Part shown: positions 39,379-48,787 of the stretch, one piece after another
Numbering within the stretch: position 1 is the first letter of the stretch
How the letters are laid out: every line of letters starts with the position of its first letter
Assembly: GCA_964618725.1 (NCBI GenBank)
Contig: CAZUBK010000003.1
Location: 10,236 to 74,235, forward strand
From: an uncultured Pseudomonadales bacterium
GTDB taxonomy: Bacteria; Patescibacteriota; Microgenomatia; UBA1400; Chazhemtobacteraceae
DNA: 64,000 nt
Direction of reading: 5' to 3'
The notes under the pieces: generated by a model
Databases searched by the model: none
The model's input: the letters and a program-made list of their open reading frames with translations, nothing else
Told to the model about the DNA's origin: nothing
Position numbers and translations under genes: made by a program

Positions 39379-40428
39379 CTAAGACAATCTCTCTATCACC
39401 ACCTTCTCCATCCCTTCTGCATCGTTTTCCTCTGTTGTCGTTACTACAACTTGCCTCCCTATCATTACTCTGTGTACTTCACTACTATGTATTTCATCCA
39501 ATTCCGAAAAGATATCGTCCAGCAGAAGTAACGGTTTCACCCCTAGCTCTTCTTCGAGATACAGTAGTTCCCCCATTTTTAATCCTAGTACCGCCATCCT
39601 CTTTTCTCCACGCGAGCCATAAACACTCAAATCTCTCTCTTCATCTCTTACTAAAAAATCATCCTTATGCGGCCCCACCAAAGTGTGCCCTGCTGTCACT
39701 TCTTCTTTTTTGTACTGCTCCAGTCTATTTTCGCTAATCGTACTTCTATCGTATTCTATCTTTAAACCGTTAAACAAGTCACTTCTTCGCCATACATCAT
39801 TAATATAATTGATCAGTCTCTCTCGTTCATCTGTCACCACGTTCCCATGTTTAATCAACAACCCGTCCCAGAATGTCAATTGGTATCGATTCGCTACTCC
39901 TTCCCTAATTGCTTCAAGAATTTTGTTTCTTCGCCTAAGTGCCTGAGTATATGAACTAAGACTCCTAATGTATTCTCTACTTTGCTGAATCAATACTTCG
40001 TCAAGAAAGTCGCGTCGCAGTGTCGGCGATCCATCCATTAGATCCAAATCCTCCGGACGAAATGCCACACAAGAAATCAGCCCGACAAAATCGCTTTTTC
40101 TCTTTGCCACATCGTCAATCAGGAATCGTCTCTTTGCCACCCTTTTCCCTTGGATTTCCCCCCGGGTCAAAATAATCGTTAGCTTCTTTATCTCACCCTC
40201 GATCTCTACTTCTGCCTCCACCTTACCCGTTTCCTTACCAAAAAGGATCATCTCTTCGATCCGCTTCGCCTTAAAACTATTTCCCGTCGCCAACAAATTT
40301 ATCGCCTCTAACACATTTGTCTTTCCAATCGCATTGGGGCCAGCCAACAAAATCGTTCCCTCATCGAAATCAAATACTCGTCCTTCATAATTACGAAAAT
40401 CTTGTAACACCAACCGTTTGAGCAACAT
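39379..40428 (-). CDS. recF: DNA replication and repair protein RecF
   Basis: N-terminal Walker A LAGPNAIGKTNVLEAI. SMC-like signature. C-terminal LLLDDIFSELD (Walker B/D-loop). Confidence 0.8.
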   Translation of the reverse strand: MLLKRLVLQDFRNYEGRVFDFDEGTILLAGPNAIGKTNVLEAINLLATGNSFKAKRIEEMILFGKETGKVEAEVEIEGEIKKLTIILTRGEIQGKRVAKRRFLIDDVAKRKSDFVGLISCVAFRPEDLDLMDGSPTLRRDFLDEVLIQQSREYIRSLSSYTQALRRRNKILEAIREGVANRYQLTFWDGLLIKHGNVVTDERERLINYINDVWRRSDLFNGLKIEYDRSTISENRLEQYKKEEVTAGHTLVGPHKDDFLVRDEERDLSVYGSRGEKRMAVLGLKMGELLYLEEELGVKPLLLLDDIFSELDEIHSSEVHRVMIGRQVVVTTTEENDAEGMEKVVIERLS

Positions 40429-40507
40429 CTCCTACATTCTAAGATATTTGACAACACTTTTCCACAAAAAAAGTACCTTAGTTGAACCAAGGTACTTTGT
40501 CTATACT

Positions 40508-40996
40508 TTAAATCGGCTCTTTGTTTATCTTCACTACATATCCCAAAGCTTTGAAAAACAAATGGAGCAATATCCCCAAACCCATTGATGCCACTACCAT
40601 CCACCAATTGATCGGAACAAATAGTGCCGCCACCAATAAATATCCTATTACCCAATCAACTTGATCAAAAGGAATCCACGATCTACCAGGAAGAATATCG
40701 ATCCTTCGCTTGAAAAAGCTTTTGATCATATCCCCACTCAAGGCTCCTAAACCAAGAGCCAAACCTAGCCACCAGGGATAATTTGGCAGAATCAAAAGAC
40801 CCAGCAGAGTCGAGGTTACTGTTCCCAAAATCAATCCTTTAATCGTCTTGTGATCTCCCAGAATTCGTTTATCTCCCAAAGTCATGTATCCATCAACTGG
40901 ATAGTTACCCCAAGCCACCTTTGATCCAAATATGGGTGTAATATTTGCCACTCCTGCCACAATTAACAATCCAAGCATCAACTCCAACTGGGCCAT
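40508..40996 (-). CDS. Small polytopic membrane protein of the CTP-transferase-1 superfamily (CdsA/CarS, DUF46-like)
   Basis: 162 aa, ~5 TM. SGDMIKSFFKRRIDILPGR resembles the S-x-[LIVMF]-K-R cytidylyltransferase signature. The size fits CarS/DUF46 rather than bacterial CdsA. Confidence 0.4.
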   Translation of the reverse strand: MAQLELMLGLLIVAGVANITPIFGSKVAWGNYPVDGYMTLGDKRILGDHKTIKGLILGTVTSTLLGLLILPNYPWWLGLALGLGALSGDMIKSFFKRRIDILPGRSWIPFDQVDWVIGYLLVAALFVPINWWMVVASMGLGILLHLFFKALGYVVKINKEPI

Positions 40997-41044
40997 CCCT
41001 CCCTCGCTTTCAATGTACTTTACCGATTCTACAAAATAACCAAG

Positions 41045-41911
41045 TTACTTCTGACACCCTTCACAGAAATATGTTCCTCTTCCTCCCATCTTCATTTTTT
41101 TAATTGTCCCACCACAATTCTTACACTTCTTTCCTTCCCTGTCATAAACCAAAAAATGTTCCTGGTATTTGCCCCCTAAGCCTTTGGTATCTTTGAAATC
41201 ATTGTAAGTCGCTCCACCATATTTGATTCCCTTCTCAATCACATCAACAACCGCTCGATGAAGCCGCTCGGTCTCCTCCTCCTTTAGACTACTTGCTCCT
41301 TTCTTAGGATCAATTCTCGACAAGTTTAAAGCATCATTAGCATAGATATTACCTACCCCTCCAATCTTTTCCTGATCCATCAACACCAACTTGATCGGCC
41401 TTCTTGTTTTACCTAAAATCATTTTGAAATATGCCAAAGTAAATCTCTCACTATTTACATCCGGCGCTTCCTCTGACATCCTCTTTTCAAATTCTTCCCT
41501 ACCTATCAACTTCATCCAACCAAATACCCGCAAATCATTGAAATACAATACCCCTCCATCATCAAAGGTCACCACCACTCTTGTATGTTTCGTTGGGTGT
41601 TTCTTAAGCCAGTCTTCACTGGGATGTCCCCCCACCACCGCATGATTTTGCGATCCAACACCTCTCTTCTCATCAAAGACTAACTGTCCCGTCATCTTTA
41701 GGTGAATCATGACCACAAAATCCGAATCTCTTAGATGCCACACAATTACTTTGGCATGTCTATCTATTTTCTCCACCGTCGAGCCAATCAACCGTTCCGG
41801 ATCTCCCTGAAAACTTACTTTTCGTAGTACATCTACTTTCTCAATCTTTTTTCCTCGTAATACTTTATCTAACTGTCTGGCAATTGTCTCGACTTCGGGT
41901 AACTCTGGCAT
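41045..41911 (-). CDS. mutM: Formamidopyrimidine-DNA glycosylase (Fpg/Nei family)
   Basis: MPELPEVE N-terminus with catalytic Pro2 and Glu3. H2TH. C-terminal CxxC..CxxC zinc finger. Confidence 0.8.
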   Translation of the reverse strand: MPELPEVETIARQLDKVLRGKKIEKVDVLRKVSFQGDPERLIGSTVEKIDRHAKVIVWHLRDSDFVVMIHLKMTGQLVFDEKRGVGSQNHAVVGGHPSEDWLKKHPTKHTRVVVTFDDGGVLYFNDLRVFGWMKLIGREEFEKRMSEEAPDVNSERFTLAYFKMILGKTRRPIKLVLMDQEKIGGVGNIYANDALNLSRIDPKKGASSLKEEETERLHRAVVDVIEKGIKYGGATYNDFKDTKGLGGKYQEHFLVYDREGKKCKNCGGTIKKMKMGGRGTYFCEGCQK

Positions 41912-41917
41912 ATTCTT

Positions 41918-43045
41918 TTAGCTTATTGCTGCCTTAATTACCCTCTTCATCTCTTTCTCAAACCTCTCCCTGCTAAACTTCTCTGCCCAGTCCTGCAGTT
42001 TCTTTTTATCCCATTTTGTCTTCTTTAGCCTCTCCAAGGCCTTCTTAAGGCTCACTACTCTCGTATCCTCTATCAATATCCCAGTTACTCCATTCTTTAC
42101 CGACTCTCTAAATCCCCCATTATCAAGCGCTATCACCGGTGTCCCTGCCGCCATCGCCTCCACTGGCGTCATCCCAAAATCGACATCCTTTTCTAAGGCG
42201 ACAAAACCCTTCGCACTCGCATACAGTTGATACAGTTCCTCATCGCTCACCCTCCCCAACAACATAACCTTACCACTGTTACGATACTTCTCTAAGCTCT
42301 TGGCCATTTGCGACCAACCACTTACCTCTCCAGCTATTTTTAGCTCAAATCCTAAACTTACCGCCGCCTCTGCTGCCTCTTCAATTCCTTTTCCACCCAC
42401 CAATCGTGATGCGATGAAAAAATAGTTTTCTTTTTCTTTGACCCCCTTGGCCGCTTCCTTGAACTTACTTGTCTCTATCGGAGGATACACAACCATCGAG
42501 TCTTTTCTGTAGAATTTCGCCACCCTCTGTCTCACATTCTCTGAATTAACTACCCAGGTATTCACTCTCTGAGCGCTTTGATAATCAAAGATTCGTAGAA
42601 AGTGATTCACTATCATTGCATAAACTCTGACAATCCAATACTTCTGCCAATTAATGCTTGTCTGATATCCATACAAAAACTTAGGTGGCGTATGGCAATA
42701 CGCCACCACTCTCGTCTTATCAGACACCTTAAATCCCCTGGCAAAGTAACTCGAACACGACGTTATCACCAAATCATAGACCGATAGGTCCATACTTCCC
42801 CATATCAACGGTACCAAAAAACGCAGCGGACTATACAACTTACCCCATTTGATTAGCCACGCCCATCGACTCTCAATTATCTCTCGGTCCCTAAACTCTC
42901 TATCACAACTGCTCCCCACCACCCTAAAGGCCGTATAGATTGGCGCCTTAGGATACATATCTGCCAGTACTCTCAGTACTCGCTCCGCTCCACCAAACTC
43001 CTTCATATAGTCATGAACCAAAGCAATTTTTAGACTTTTAGGCAT
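41918..43045 (-). CDS. Family 4 glycosyltransferase
   Basis: GT-B fold. EFGGAERV N-terminal motif and E-x7-E region in C-terminal half. Confidence 0.65.
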   Translation of the reverse strand: MPKSLKIALVHDYMKEFGGAERVLRVLADMYPKAPIYTAFRVVGSSCDREFRDREIIESRWAWLIKWGKLYSPLRFLVPLIWGSMDLSVYDLVITSCSSYFARGFKVSDKTRVVAYCHTPPKFLYGYQTSINWQKYWIVRVYAMIVNHFLRIFDYQSAQRVNTWVVNSENVRQRVAKFYRKDSMVVYPPIETSKFKEAAKGVKEKENYFFIASRLVGGKGIEEAAEAAVSLGFELKIAGEVSGWSQMAKSLEKYRNSGKVMLLGRVSDEELYQLYASAKGFVALEKDVDFGMTPVEAMAAGTPVIALDNGGFRESVKNGVTGILIEDTRVVSLKKALERLKKTKWDKKKLQDWAEKFSRERFEKEMKRVIKAAIS

Positions 43046-43065
43046 TAGAATAATTAGGTTAATTT

Positions 43066-44028
43066 CTATTTAAACACTTCTTCCACGTCCTCTTCCCACT
43101 TGTCTTTTGGCAACCTCTTTATCAAACTCTTAAACTGTAACTCCTCAAATAACGTCAGAACTTTCTCTCGATCATAATCACTTAAGCGACAGTTCTTCCA
43201 ATCTAACTTTATCGGCGCCCAACAATCTATCGTCGCCAATTTCTTACTTAAAAAGGCCTTTTCCTCTCCCTCCTCGAGTAGCTTTGTCACCCTTTCTCCC
43301 ATCACCTTCACTATCTCTTCTCTCTGATTTTTCAACACCTTATACATCTTCTCCACCGACTCCCATGCCTGGAGCAATTTGGTCGCCGTCTTAGGTCCCA
43401 CCCCCTTTATGCCCGGGATATTATCGCTACTATCTCCCATCAATGCCTTTAACTCAATGATTTGTCTGGGAGTAAGACCGTATTTCGCTTTGACCGCTTC
43501 TTCATCATATTCCTGACTCCCTCTGTCTTTTCCATATTTCCCCGGCGCTGGCGGCATCCATACTACTACTTTCTTGTCATCAACTAGCTGCAGTGCATCT
43601 CGATCTCCCGTCGCAATTACAATCTGGAATCCATCTTTAGTTTCAGCCTGCGTTGCCAATGTCCCAATCAAGTCATCGGCCTCAAATCCCTCTTTGCCAA
43701 ACTGAGGTATATTCAAGGCATCTACCACTTCATGAGTTCTCTCAATCTGAGATAGCAGCGCCTCATCCGGTTTTTCTCGGTTCGCCTTGTACTGCTCATA
43801 CTCAAAGTGTCTGAAAGTCGGTGCACCTACATCCCAAGTCACTATGACATGTGTTGGCTGTAGCTTCTCCAGAATCGTGAATAGAATGGCGGTGAATCCA
43901 TAAACTGCATTCACTATCTCCCCACTTTTTGTCGACAGACTCAGCGGATATGCATGATATGCCCGATGTAGAATCGACATACCATCTACCAATACGAGTT
44001 TCCTTTTCACCATCATTCTATTCTTCAT
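43066..44028 (-). CDS. Stand-alone 5'-3' exonuclease (Pol I N-terminal domain / FEN-like)
   Basis: LVLVDGMSILHRAYHA N-terminus. Acidic metal-binding clusters and helix-hairpin-helix region. 320 aa. Confidence 0.75.
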   Translation of the reverse strand: MKNRMMVKRKLVLVDGMSILHRAYHAYPLSLSTKSGEIVNAVYGFTAILFTILEKLQPTHVIVTWDVGAPTFRHFEYEQYKANREKPDEALLSQIERTHEVVDALNIPQFGKEGFEADDLIGTLATQAETKDGFQIVIATGDRDALQLVDDKKVVVWMPPAPGKYGKDRGSQEYDEEAVKAKYGLTPRQIIELKALMGDSSDNIPGIKGVGPKTATKLLQAWESVEKMYKVLKNQREEIVKVMGERVTKLLEEGEEKAFLSKKLATIDCWAPIKLDWKNCRLSDYDREKVLTLFEELQFKSLIKRLPKDKWEEDVEEVFK

Positions 44029-47000
44029 CAGTACTTACCTTTTTCTTCTTCATTATCTTTTCAAACTCATCTGCCTCGACTGTCTCATGATCAAGTAGTG
44101 CCTCAGCTAGTTTGTCTACCACTATCCTATTTGCCTTCAATACAATCATTGCTTTTTTACTTGCCGTCTCAACCAGCTCTTTTACTTCTAGATCGATCTT
44201 GCTTTTTAGCCCCTCTGAAATCTGCACTGGCTCCATATATGATCGTCCCCAATCATTCATCTCCCACATCGGCCCCATCGCCATTGGTCCAAGGCCAGAC
44301 ATCCCCAGATCCATTACCATACTCCTAGCAATCCTCGTCGCCTTCTCAATATCACTAGAGGCTCCTGCCGTTAGTTCTTTAAAGATCAATTGCTCTGCCG
44401 CCCGTCCCCCCATCATCATCGCCAATTGGTCGAGCAATTCCGACTTAGTCTGTTGGTATTTGTCTCGATCCGGCAATGCCAACGTCTGACCCAAGCTCTG
44501 TAACCGACTGACAATACTTACCCGATGTACCGGATCTGCCCCTGGCAACATATGCCCTACCACTGCGTGTCCCGCCTCATGATATGCCGTCATCTTTCGC
44601 TCTAAAGGCGACTGTAGTCTCTTCTTTTCCGGTCCCAGCTTTACTTTCGTCGCCGCCTCCTCCAAATCCTTCATCTCTATTTTCTTCCGTGCATATCTTG
44701 CCGTCAAAATAGCTGCCTCATTAAGCATGTTCTCCAAATCTGCTCCCGAAAAACCTACCGTTCTCCTCGCCACCTTGTCCCAATTAATTCCGTCCAAAAA
44801 AGGTTTGTTTTTGGCATGAATTGCCAAGATATCCTTCCTTCCCTCGATATCCGGCATGTCTAATGAGATTCGTCGATCAAATCTTCCCGGACGAATCAAG
44901 GCTGGATCCAATAACTCCGGCCTATTTGTCGCCGCCAACACAATCACATTATCATTGGGCAAGAATCCATCCATCTCGACCAAGATCTGATTCAACGTCT
45001 GTTCTCTTTCGTCATGACCCCCCATTCCTCCTCCCATTCCTCTCATCCGCCCAATCGCGTCTAATTCGTCTATAAAGATGATCGATGGTGCTGCTTTTTT
45101 TGCCGTCAAAAATAGGTCCCTGGTTCTACTTGCTCCCACCCCTACCAACATCTCCATAAACTCACTCCCCGCCATGCTGAAAAACGGCACTCCAGCCTCT
45201 CCGGCCACAGCCTTCGCCAAGAGAGTATTGTGATTAACGAAACCGTTTCCGACAAATGAATGCGTTCCAGGTACCGTAAAATCATAGACCCTTGCTTGAG
45301 ATTTTGTTACCTTTTTCACTTTATCCAGAAAAATACCTGAGTTCACGATCAGTTCCAGATATGCGTAATCTTCGTTCAGCGATATGGCCGGATCAACCTT
45401 CAGACACGAATGAAGAAATAATCTGACCGATTGCATATTTGGTGATCTTTCTCCTGTAACATACCTACAGATTTGCTTGTGGAAGCTATCACCAACGTAC
45501 TTTGAAGGTTTTTTACCGGATTCGACCAGGTATCGCCAAATTCTCTTTATCCTCGCTCCTTGGTAGTAAACCAAGTCTACATTGGTTCTTAGCTTTACAC
45601 TTCCTATGTATCTTGTCAGTCTATCTTGCTTCCTTTTTAATCTAAATCCAATTTGTTGCGAAAACCTTATCAAATTCGTGCCTGAAATCAGAATCATATA
45701 CGCCGTCGAGAACTGGTTCATTCCCTTCACTCGAAACTTATGCATTACCCCCAAATTCAAAAGGAGAGCACTAACCTGTCTTGCCATTTTTTCGCTGGTT
45801 GTTGTATATTCAACCTTCCCAGTTTTGTATACCGACCCATCCGTATCGAACAATCCCTGTAAAAAAGCAACTATGTTTTCTTTCGGAGACATCATTACGT
45901 AATCTGGAACTTTTTTATGTCTTGCATATACCTCTTCCATCCCGTAATTAACCATTTTCGACTTTATCACTGAAGAAGTGACCAAATAATCATATTTTCT
46001 ACTCTTGGTTTTTTTCACCTTGTATCCGAACTCCTCTTGAAAGTAATTTTGGAAACTCAAAAGCAACTGTCTATCCGCCGTCGAGAAATAGATTCTATCT
46101 TTAATGGTAAGTCCCCCATCTCCTGCCAAAAGTCCCAAAAGATAACTCGTCTTTGAATCAAGCAATTTGTAGCTCCCAAACATTTGATCGCCGGTCTTAA
46201 TCACAACAGAATCACCCTTTTTTATTTCCTCTATTTTTTTGAATTTCAGTCGTCCATCCTTATCCATCACTACCAACGGATGTTCAAAAGTTCCTTCGAT
46301 CCTATGCCCCATATCGGTTTGGATCTTGATAGTATCTGAAATTCCCAAGTCATACCAGTGTGATGCACTAGCAACCGTTTGAACTGGATTCTCAGGATCA
46401 AAAGAGGCAAGAGAAGCTCCATGAACATAACCGCTATCCTCGACCGCGAAGTATTTTGGTATATCCTTGATTTCCATTAAGCCCTTGTTTGTTAATACTA
46501 AAGAGTCCCCAGTAATACACTTTCCCACACCCGCCGGACCAATAAGGAGCACTCCCTTGGGTGTCCTCGCTCCCACCGCTTTGTACTTCTTCGGATTCTT
46601 CAGAAAATCTACCACTTCTTCCAGTTCTTTCTTCGCCTCATCTACCCCCGCCACATCTTTGAAAGTCACATTTTGTTTACCCTTGGCAAATAGCTTGGCT
46701 CTGCTTTTGCCAAAACCAAAGATACTTTCCTGTGCTCCCCGTGCTGATCGAGTCATAAACCAAAGAATAAAAGCAAATGCCACAATTGGTAAGACATTGA
46801 CTAATACTCCCGATATCAACTTACCCACCGCCTGAGATCCCACCTTCACCGGCACTCTATCTGCCGCAATTCCTTCTCGCTGCAAGATCTCCACAAAACT
46901 ACTCCCTTCCTCTTTCCTCGATATCTTTATATCTTCTTCACCATAGGTCAGCAAAATTTCGTCTCCCTGTAGTTCTACTTGTTTGACTTTACCATCCTTA

Positions 47001-47185
47001 ATGTCCGACATTGCCTGTGATATATCTATATTAGGCAGTAGTGATGCTGGATCCAGGAAACTGAGCAAAAACGGAACAAACATCAATAAGATCAGTAACC
47101 AGATTGCTACCTTTTTCAGATTGAAATTCATTTTGACTTCAATTTTCTTTATCGGTTTCTGTTCTACTTTCTCTTCGCTAGCCAT
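44018..47185 (-). CDS. ftsH: ATP-dependent zinc metalloprotease FtsH, interrupted by an intein in the Walker A motif
   Basis: N-terminal TM segments. The AAA domain is split as GPAGVGK|C...HN|TLLAKAVAGE, and the exteins rejoin to give GPAGVGKTLLAKA. SRH region. HEAGH zinc motif. C-terminal helical domain. Confidence 0.85.
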   Translation of the reverse strand: MASEEKVEQKPIKKIEVKMNFNLKKVAIWLLILLMFVPFLLSFLDPASLLPNIDISQAMSDIKDGKVKQVELQGDEILLTYGEEDIKISRKEEGSSFVEILQREGIAADRVPVKVGSQAVGKLISGVLVNVLPIVAFAFILWFMTRSARGAQESIFGFGKSRAKLFAKGKQNVTFKDVAGVDEAKKELEEVVDFLKNPKKYKAVGARTPKGVLLIGPAGVGKCITGDSLVLTNKGLMEIKDIPKYFAVEDSGYVHGASLASFDPENPVQTVASASHWYDLGISDTIKIQTDMGHRIEGTFEHPLVVMDKDGRLKFKKIEEIKKGDSVVIKTGDQMFGSYKLLDSKTSYLLGLLAGDGGLTIKDRIYFSTADRQLLLSFQNYFQEEFGYKVKKTKSRKYDYLVTSSVIKSKMVNYGMEEVYARHKKVPDYVMMSPKENIVAFLQGLFDTDGSVYKTGKVEYTTTSEKMARQVSALLLNLGVMHKFRVKGMNQFSTAYMILISGTNLIRFSQQIGFRLKRKQDRLTRYIGSVKLRTNVDLVYYQGARIKRIWRYLVESGKKPSKYVGDSFHKQICRYVTGERSPNMQSVRLFLHSCLKVDPAISLNEDYAYLELIVNSGIFLDKVKKVTKSQARVYDFTVPGTHSFVGNGFVNHNTLLAKAVAGEAGVPFFSMAGSEFMEMLVGVGASRTRDLFLTAKKAAPSIIFIDELDAIGRMRGMGGGMGGHDEREQTLNQILVEMDGFLPNDNVIVLAATNRPELLDPALIRPGRFDRRISLDMPDIEGRKDILAIHAKNKPFLDGINWDKVARRTVGFSGADLENMLNEAAILTARYARKKIEMKDLEEAATKVKLGPEKKRLQSPLERKMTAYHEAGHAVVGHMLPGADPVHRVSIVSRLQSLGQTLALPDRDKYQQTKSELLDQLAMMMGGRAAEQLIFKELTAGASSDIEKATRIARSMVMDLGMSGLGPMAMGPMWEMNDWGRSYMEPVQISEGLKSKIDLEVKELVETASKKAMIVLKANRIVVDKLAEALLDHETVEADEFEKIMKKKKVSTDEE
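45227..46519 (-). mobile_element. Intein (431 aa) with LAGLIDADG homing-endonuclease domain inside ftsH
   Basis: Begins with Cys (residue 223) directly after the P-loop Lys. Ends ...VNHN followed by +1 Thr. Two LAGLIDADG motifs (LLGLLAGDGG, FLQGLFDTDGS). Coordinates derived by codon counting from the start at 47185. Confidence 0.75.
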
Positions 47186-47213
47186 GTCTGATATTCTATC
47201 CTATCTTTCGACC

Positions 47214-47241
47214 ACAAAAAAGGGCACGCTTTCGCGTGCCC
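47214..47241 (-). terminator. Terminator GGGCACGC-GAAA-GCGTGCCC + TTTTTTGTGG (minus strand)
   Basis: Perfect 8-bp stem with a GAAA loop and a T-run on the minus strand. 5 nt after the 47249..47599 stop. Confidence 0.6.
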
Positions 47242-47248
47242 AAGATAT

Positions 47249-47599
47249 TCAGTCTACTTCTTCAAGATCTGGCTCTAAATTTGAAACATAGAGCCATATA
47301 CATTCATCATCGTACGATACATATACCCACCACATATCCAGTACCATTTCCCAAATCAGCAAAAATCTCTCGCCACACAATTCATCAAGAGGATCTCTAT
47401 CTTTGAAATCCAGTACCGAGAATGAGCTGGCAGCTATATCAACTTCTTCAAATTTGGCTTCAATAAGCTCCTCTAGTTCAATTATTTTAAGTGGTAGACC
47501 TCTAATGTCCTGTGCGACTTGTTCAAGCGCTACTGCAATTGAACCAACTGGAAAATAACACTTTGTTATCTCTTCTAGAAGTTCTTGATATCTGGACAA
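47249..47599 (-). CDS. Hypothetical acidic protein (116 aa)
   Basis: ORF with a strong terminator immediately downstream (47214..47241). Confidence 0.35.
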   Translation of the reverse strand: MSRYQELLEEITKCYFPVGSIAVALEQVAQDIRGLPLKIIELEELIEAKFEEVDIAASSFSVLDFKDRDPLDELCGERFLLIWEMVLDMWWVYVSYDDECIWLYVSNLEPDLEEVD

Positions 47600-47619
47600 C
47601 TTAAGACTCCTTTTTCTAT

Positions 47620-48240
47620 GTGCATTTCAGACTCACCAGCATTATAAGTTTCGTTACGAGAAAAAACAATAGCAATATCCTTACATCTTTTGTTAACATT
47701 CACCTTGTTATGCCACGAATCATCGTCGCTTCCACTAATCCCATTAAAATCGCCACCACCAAATTAGGCTTTAAAAAAATGTTTCCCAATCTTAATTTCA
47801 AAATCGAGGGGATCTCAGCTCCTTCTGGAGTTCCTGATCAACCAATGGGCGAAAGACAAACCCGTATTGGCGCCATCAATCGAGCCAAGAATGCTTTCAA
47901 TCTGATTCCTCATGCTCATTTCTGGGTCGGCATCGAGGGTGGTATGAAAGAAGTGAAAAATAAAATGGAAACCTTCGCTTGGATAGCCGTCAAATCCAAA
48001 AAAGGAAAGATCAGCAAAAGCCGTACTGGCTCCTTTTACGTCCCTGCCAAAGTAGCTGATCTTGTCAAACAAGGCAAAGAGCTTGGCGAGGCCGATGACA
48101 TTGTCTTTGGACTCAGAAACTCCAAACAAAGCAACGGAGCCATCGGTATTCTCACCAACAACGTCCTCACCCGCGCCAGCTTTTATGAGATTGCCATTAT
48201 CACCGCCCTAATCCCCTTCAAAAATCCCCATTTATACTAG
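47620..48240 (+). CDS. Non-canonical purine NTP phosphatase, YjjX/DUF84 family (likely start at 47710)
   Basis: MPRIIVASTNPIKI... and FWVGIEGG match the YjjX pattern (xTNP.K ... FWV.IE.G). Confidence 0.55.
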   Translation: MHFRLTSIISFVTRKNNSNILTSFVNIHLVMPRIIVASTNPIKIATTKLGFKKMFPNLNFKIEGISAPSGVPDQPMGERQTRIGAINRAKNAFNLIPHAHFWVGIEGGMKEVKNKMETFAWIAVKSKKGKISKSRTGSFYVPAKVADLVKQGKELGEADDIVFGLRNSKQSNGAIGILTNNVLTRASFYEIAIITALIPFKNPHLY

Positions 48241-48242
48241 AA

Positions 48243-48262
48243 GGGCACGCTTTCGCGTGCCC
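48243..48262. repeat. Second identical copy of the GGGCACGC-TTTC-GCGTGCCC hairpin, between convergent genes
   Basis: Exact 20-nt repeat of 47222..47241. Weak flanking T/A tracts. Confidence 0.5.
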
Positions 48263-48268
48263 AAATAA

Positions 48269-48754
48269 TTAAATCCTCTCCCTATAAACCAGCTTCATTT
48301 CCTCAAACGCTAGTTTTACCTCATCAGACGCCTTCCTTAGCTGCTCATCCCGTCCTCGTGACCATTTCTCGATACTCTCCTCCTCTTCCTTCGTGGCCTC
48401 AATCATCATTTCATCCGTTTCATCAGGATAATCTCGATACATCTTTAGCACAATCTTCGCGCTGTTTATCGCCCGTTCCAACTCTGCTATCTCAGCTACT
48501 AATCGTACCTCTTCGATAGTTAACGAAAATCGTTTCGGTTCTTTCTCTCGCTTTGGTGCTCGATAACACATGTATATTGTGCCATCGGGACGAATAATAT
48601 ATGTAAGATACCGACCCTCTTCTTTCTCCTCCGCCAATACTGCTTTTCTTGCCTCATCCTCGGTGTCATATTCCACCGACAAATGGTGATAGTTAGTCTC
48701 TACATCGTCGTATACCAACAATTTCCAAACCATTTTTCTTTCCTTCTCTTTCAA
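48269..48754 (-). CDS. Hypothetical protein (161 aa)
   Basis: ORF only. Confidence 0.4.
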   Translation of the reverse strand: MKEKERKMVWKLLVYDDVETNYHHLSVEYDTEDEARKAVLAEEKEEGRYLTYIIRPDGTIYMCYRAPKREKEPKRFSLTIEEVRLVAEIAELERAINSAKIVLKMYRDYPDETDEMMIEATKEEEESIEKWSRGRDEQLRKASDEVKLAFEEMKLVYRERI

Positions 48755-48787
48755 CGAGCTACCTGATGCGATTACTCTTACCGTTCC

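Noticed and set aside
40308-40655. 115-aa ORF bridging recF 5' end and the CarS-like gene
   Set aside because: It overlaps two better-supported genes. It has Cys/Arg-rich unstructured translation and no SD.
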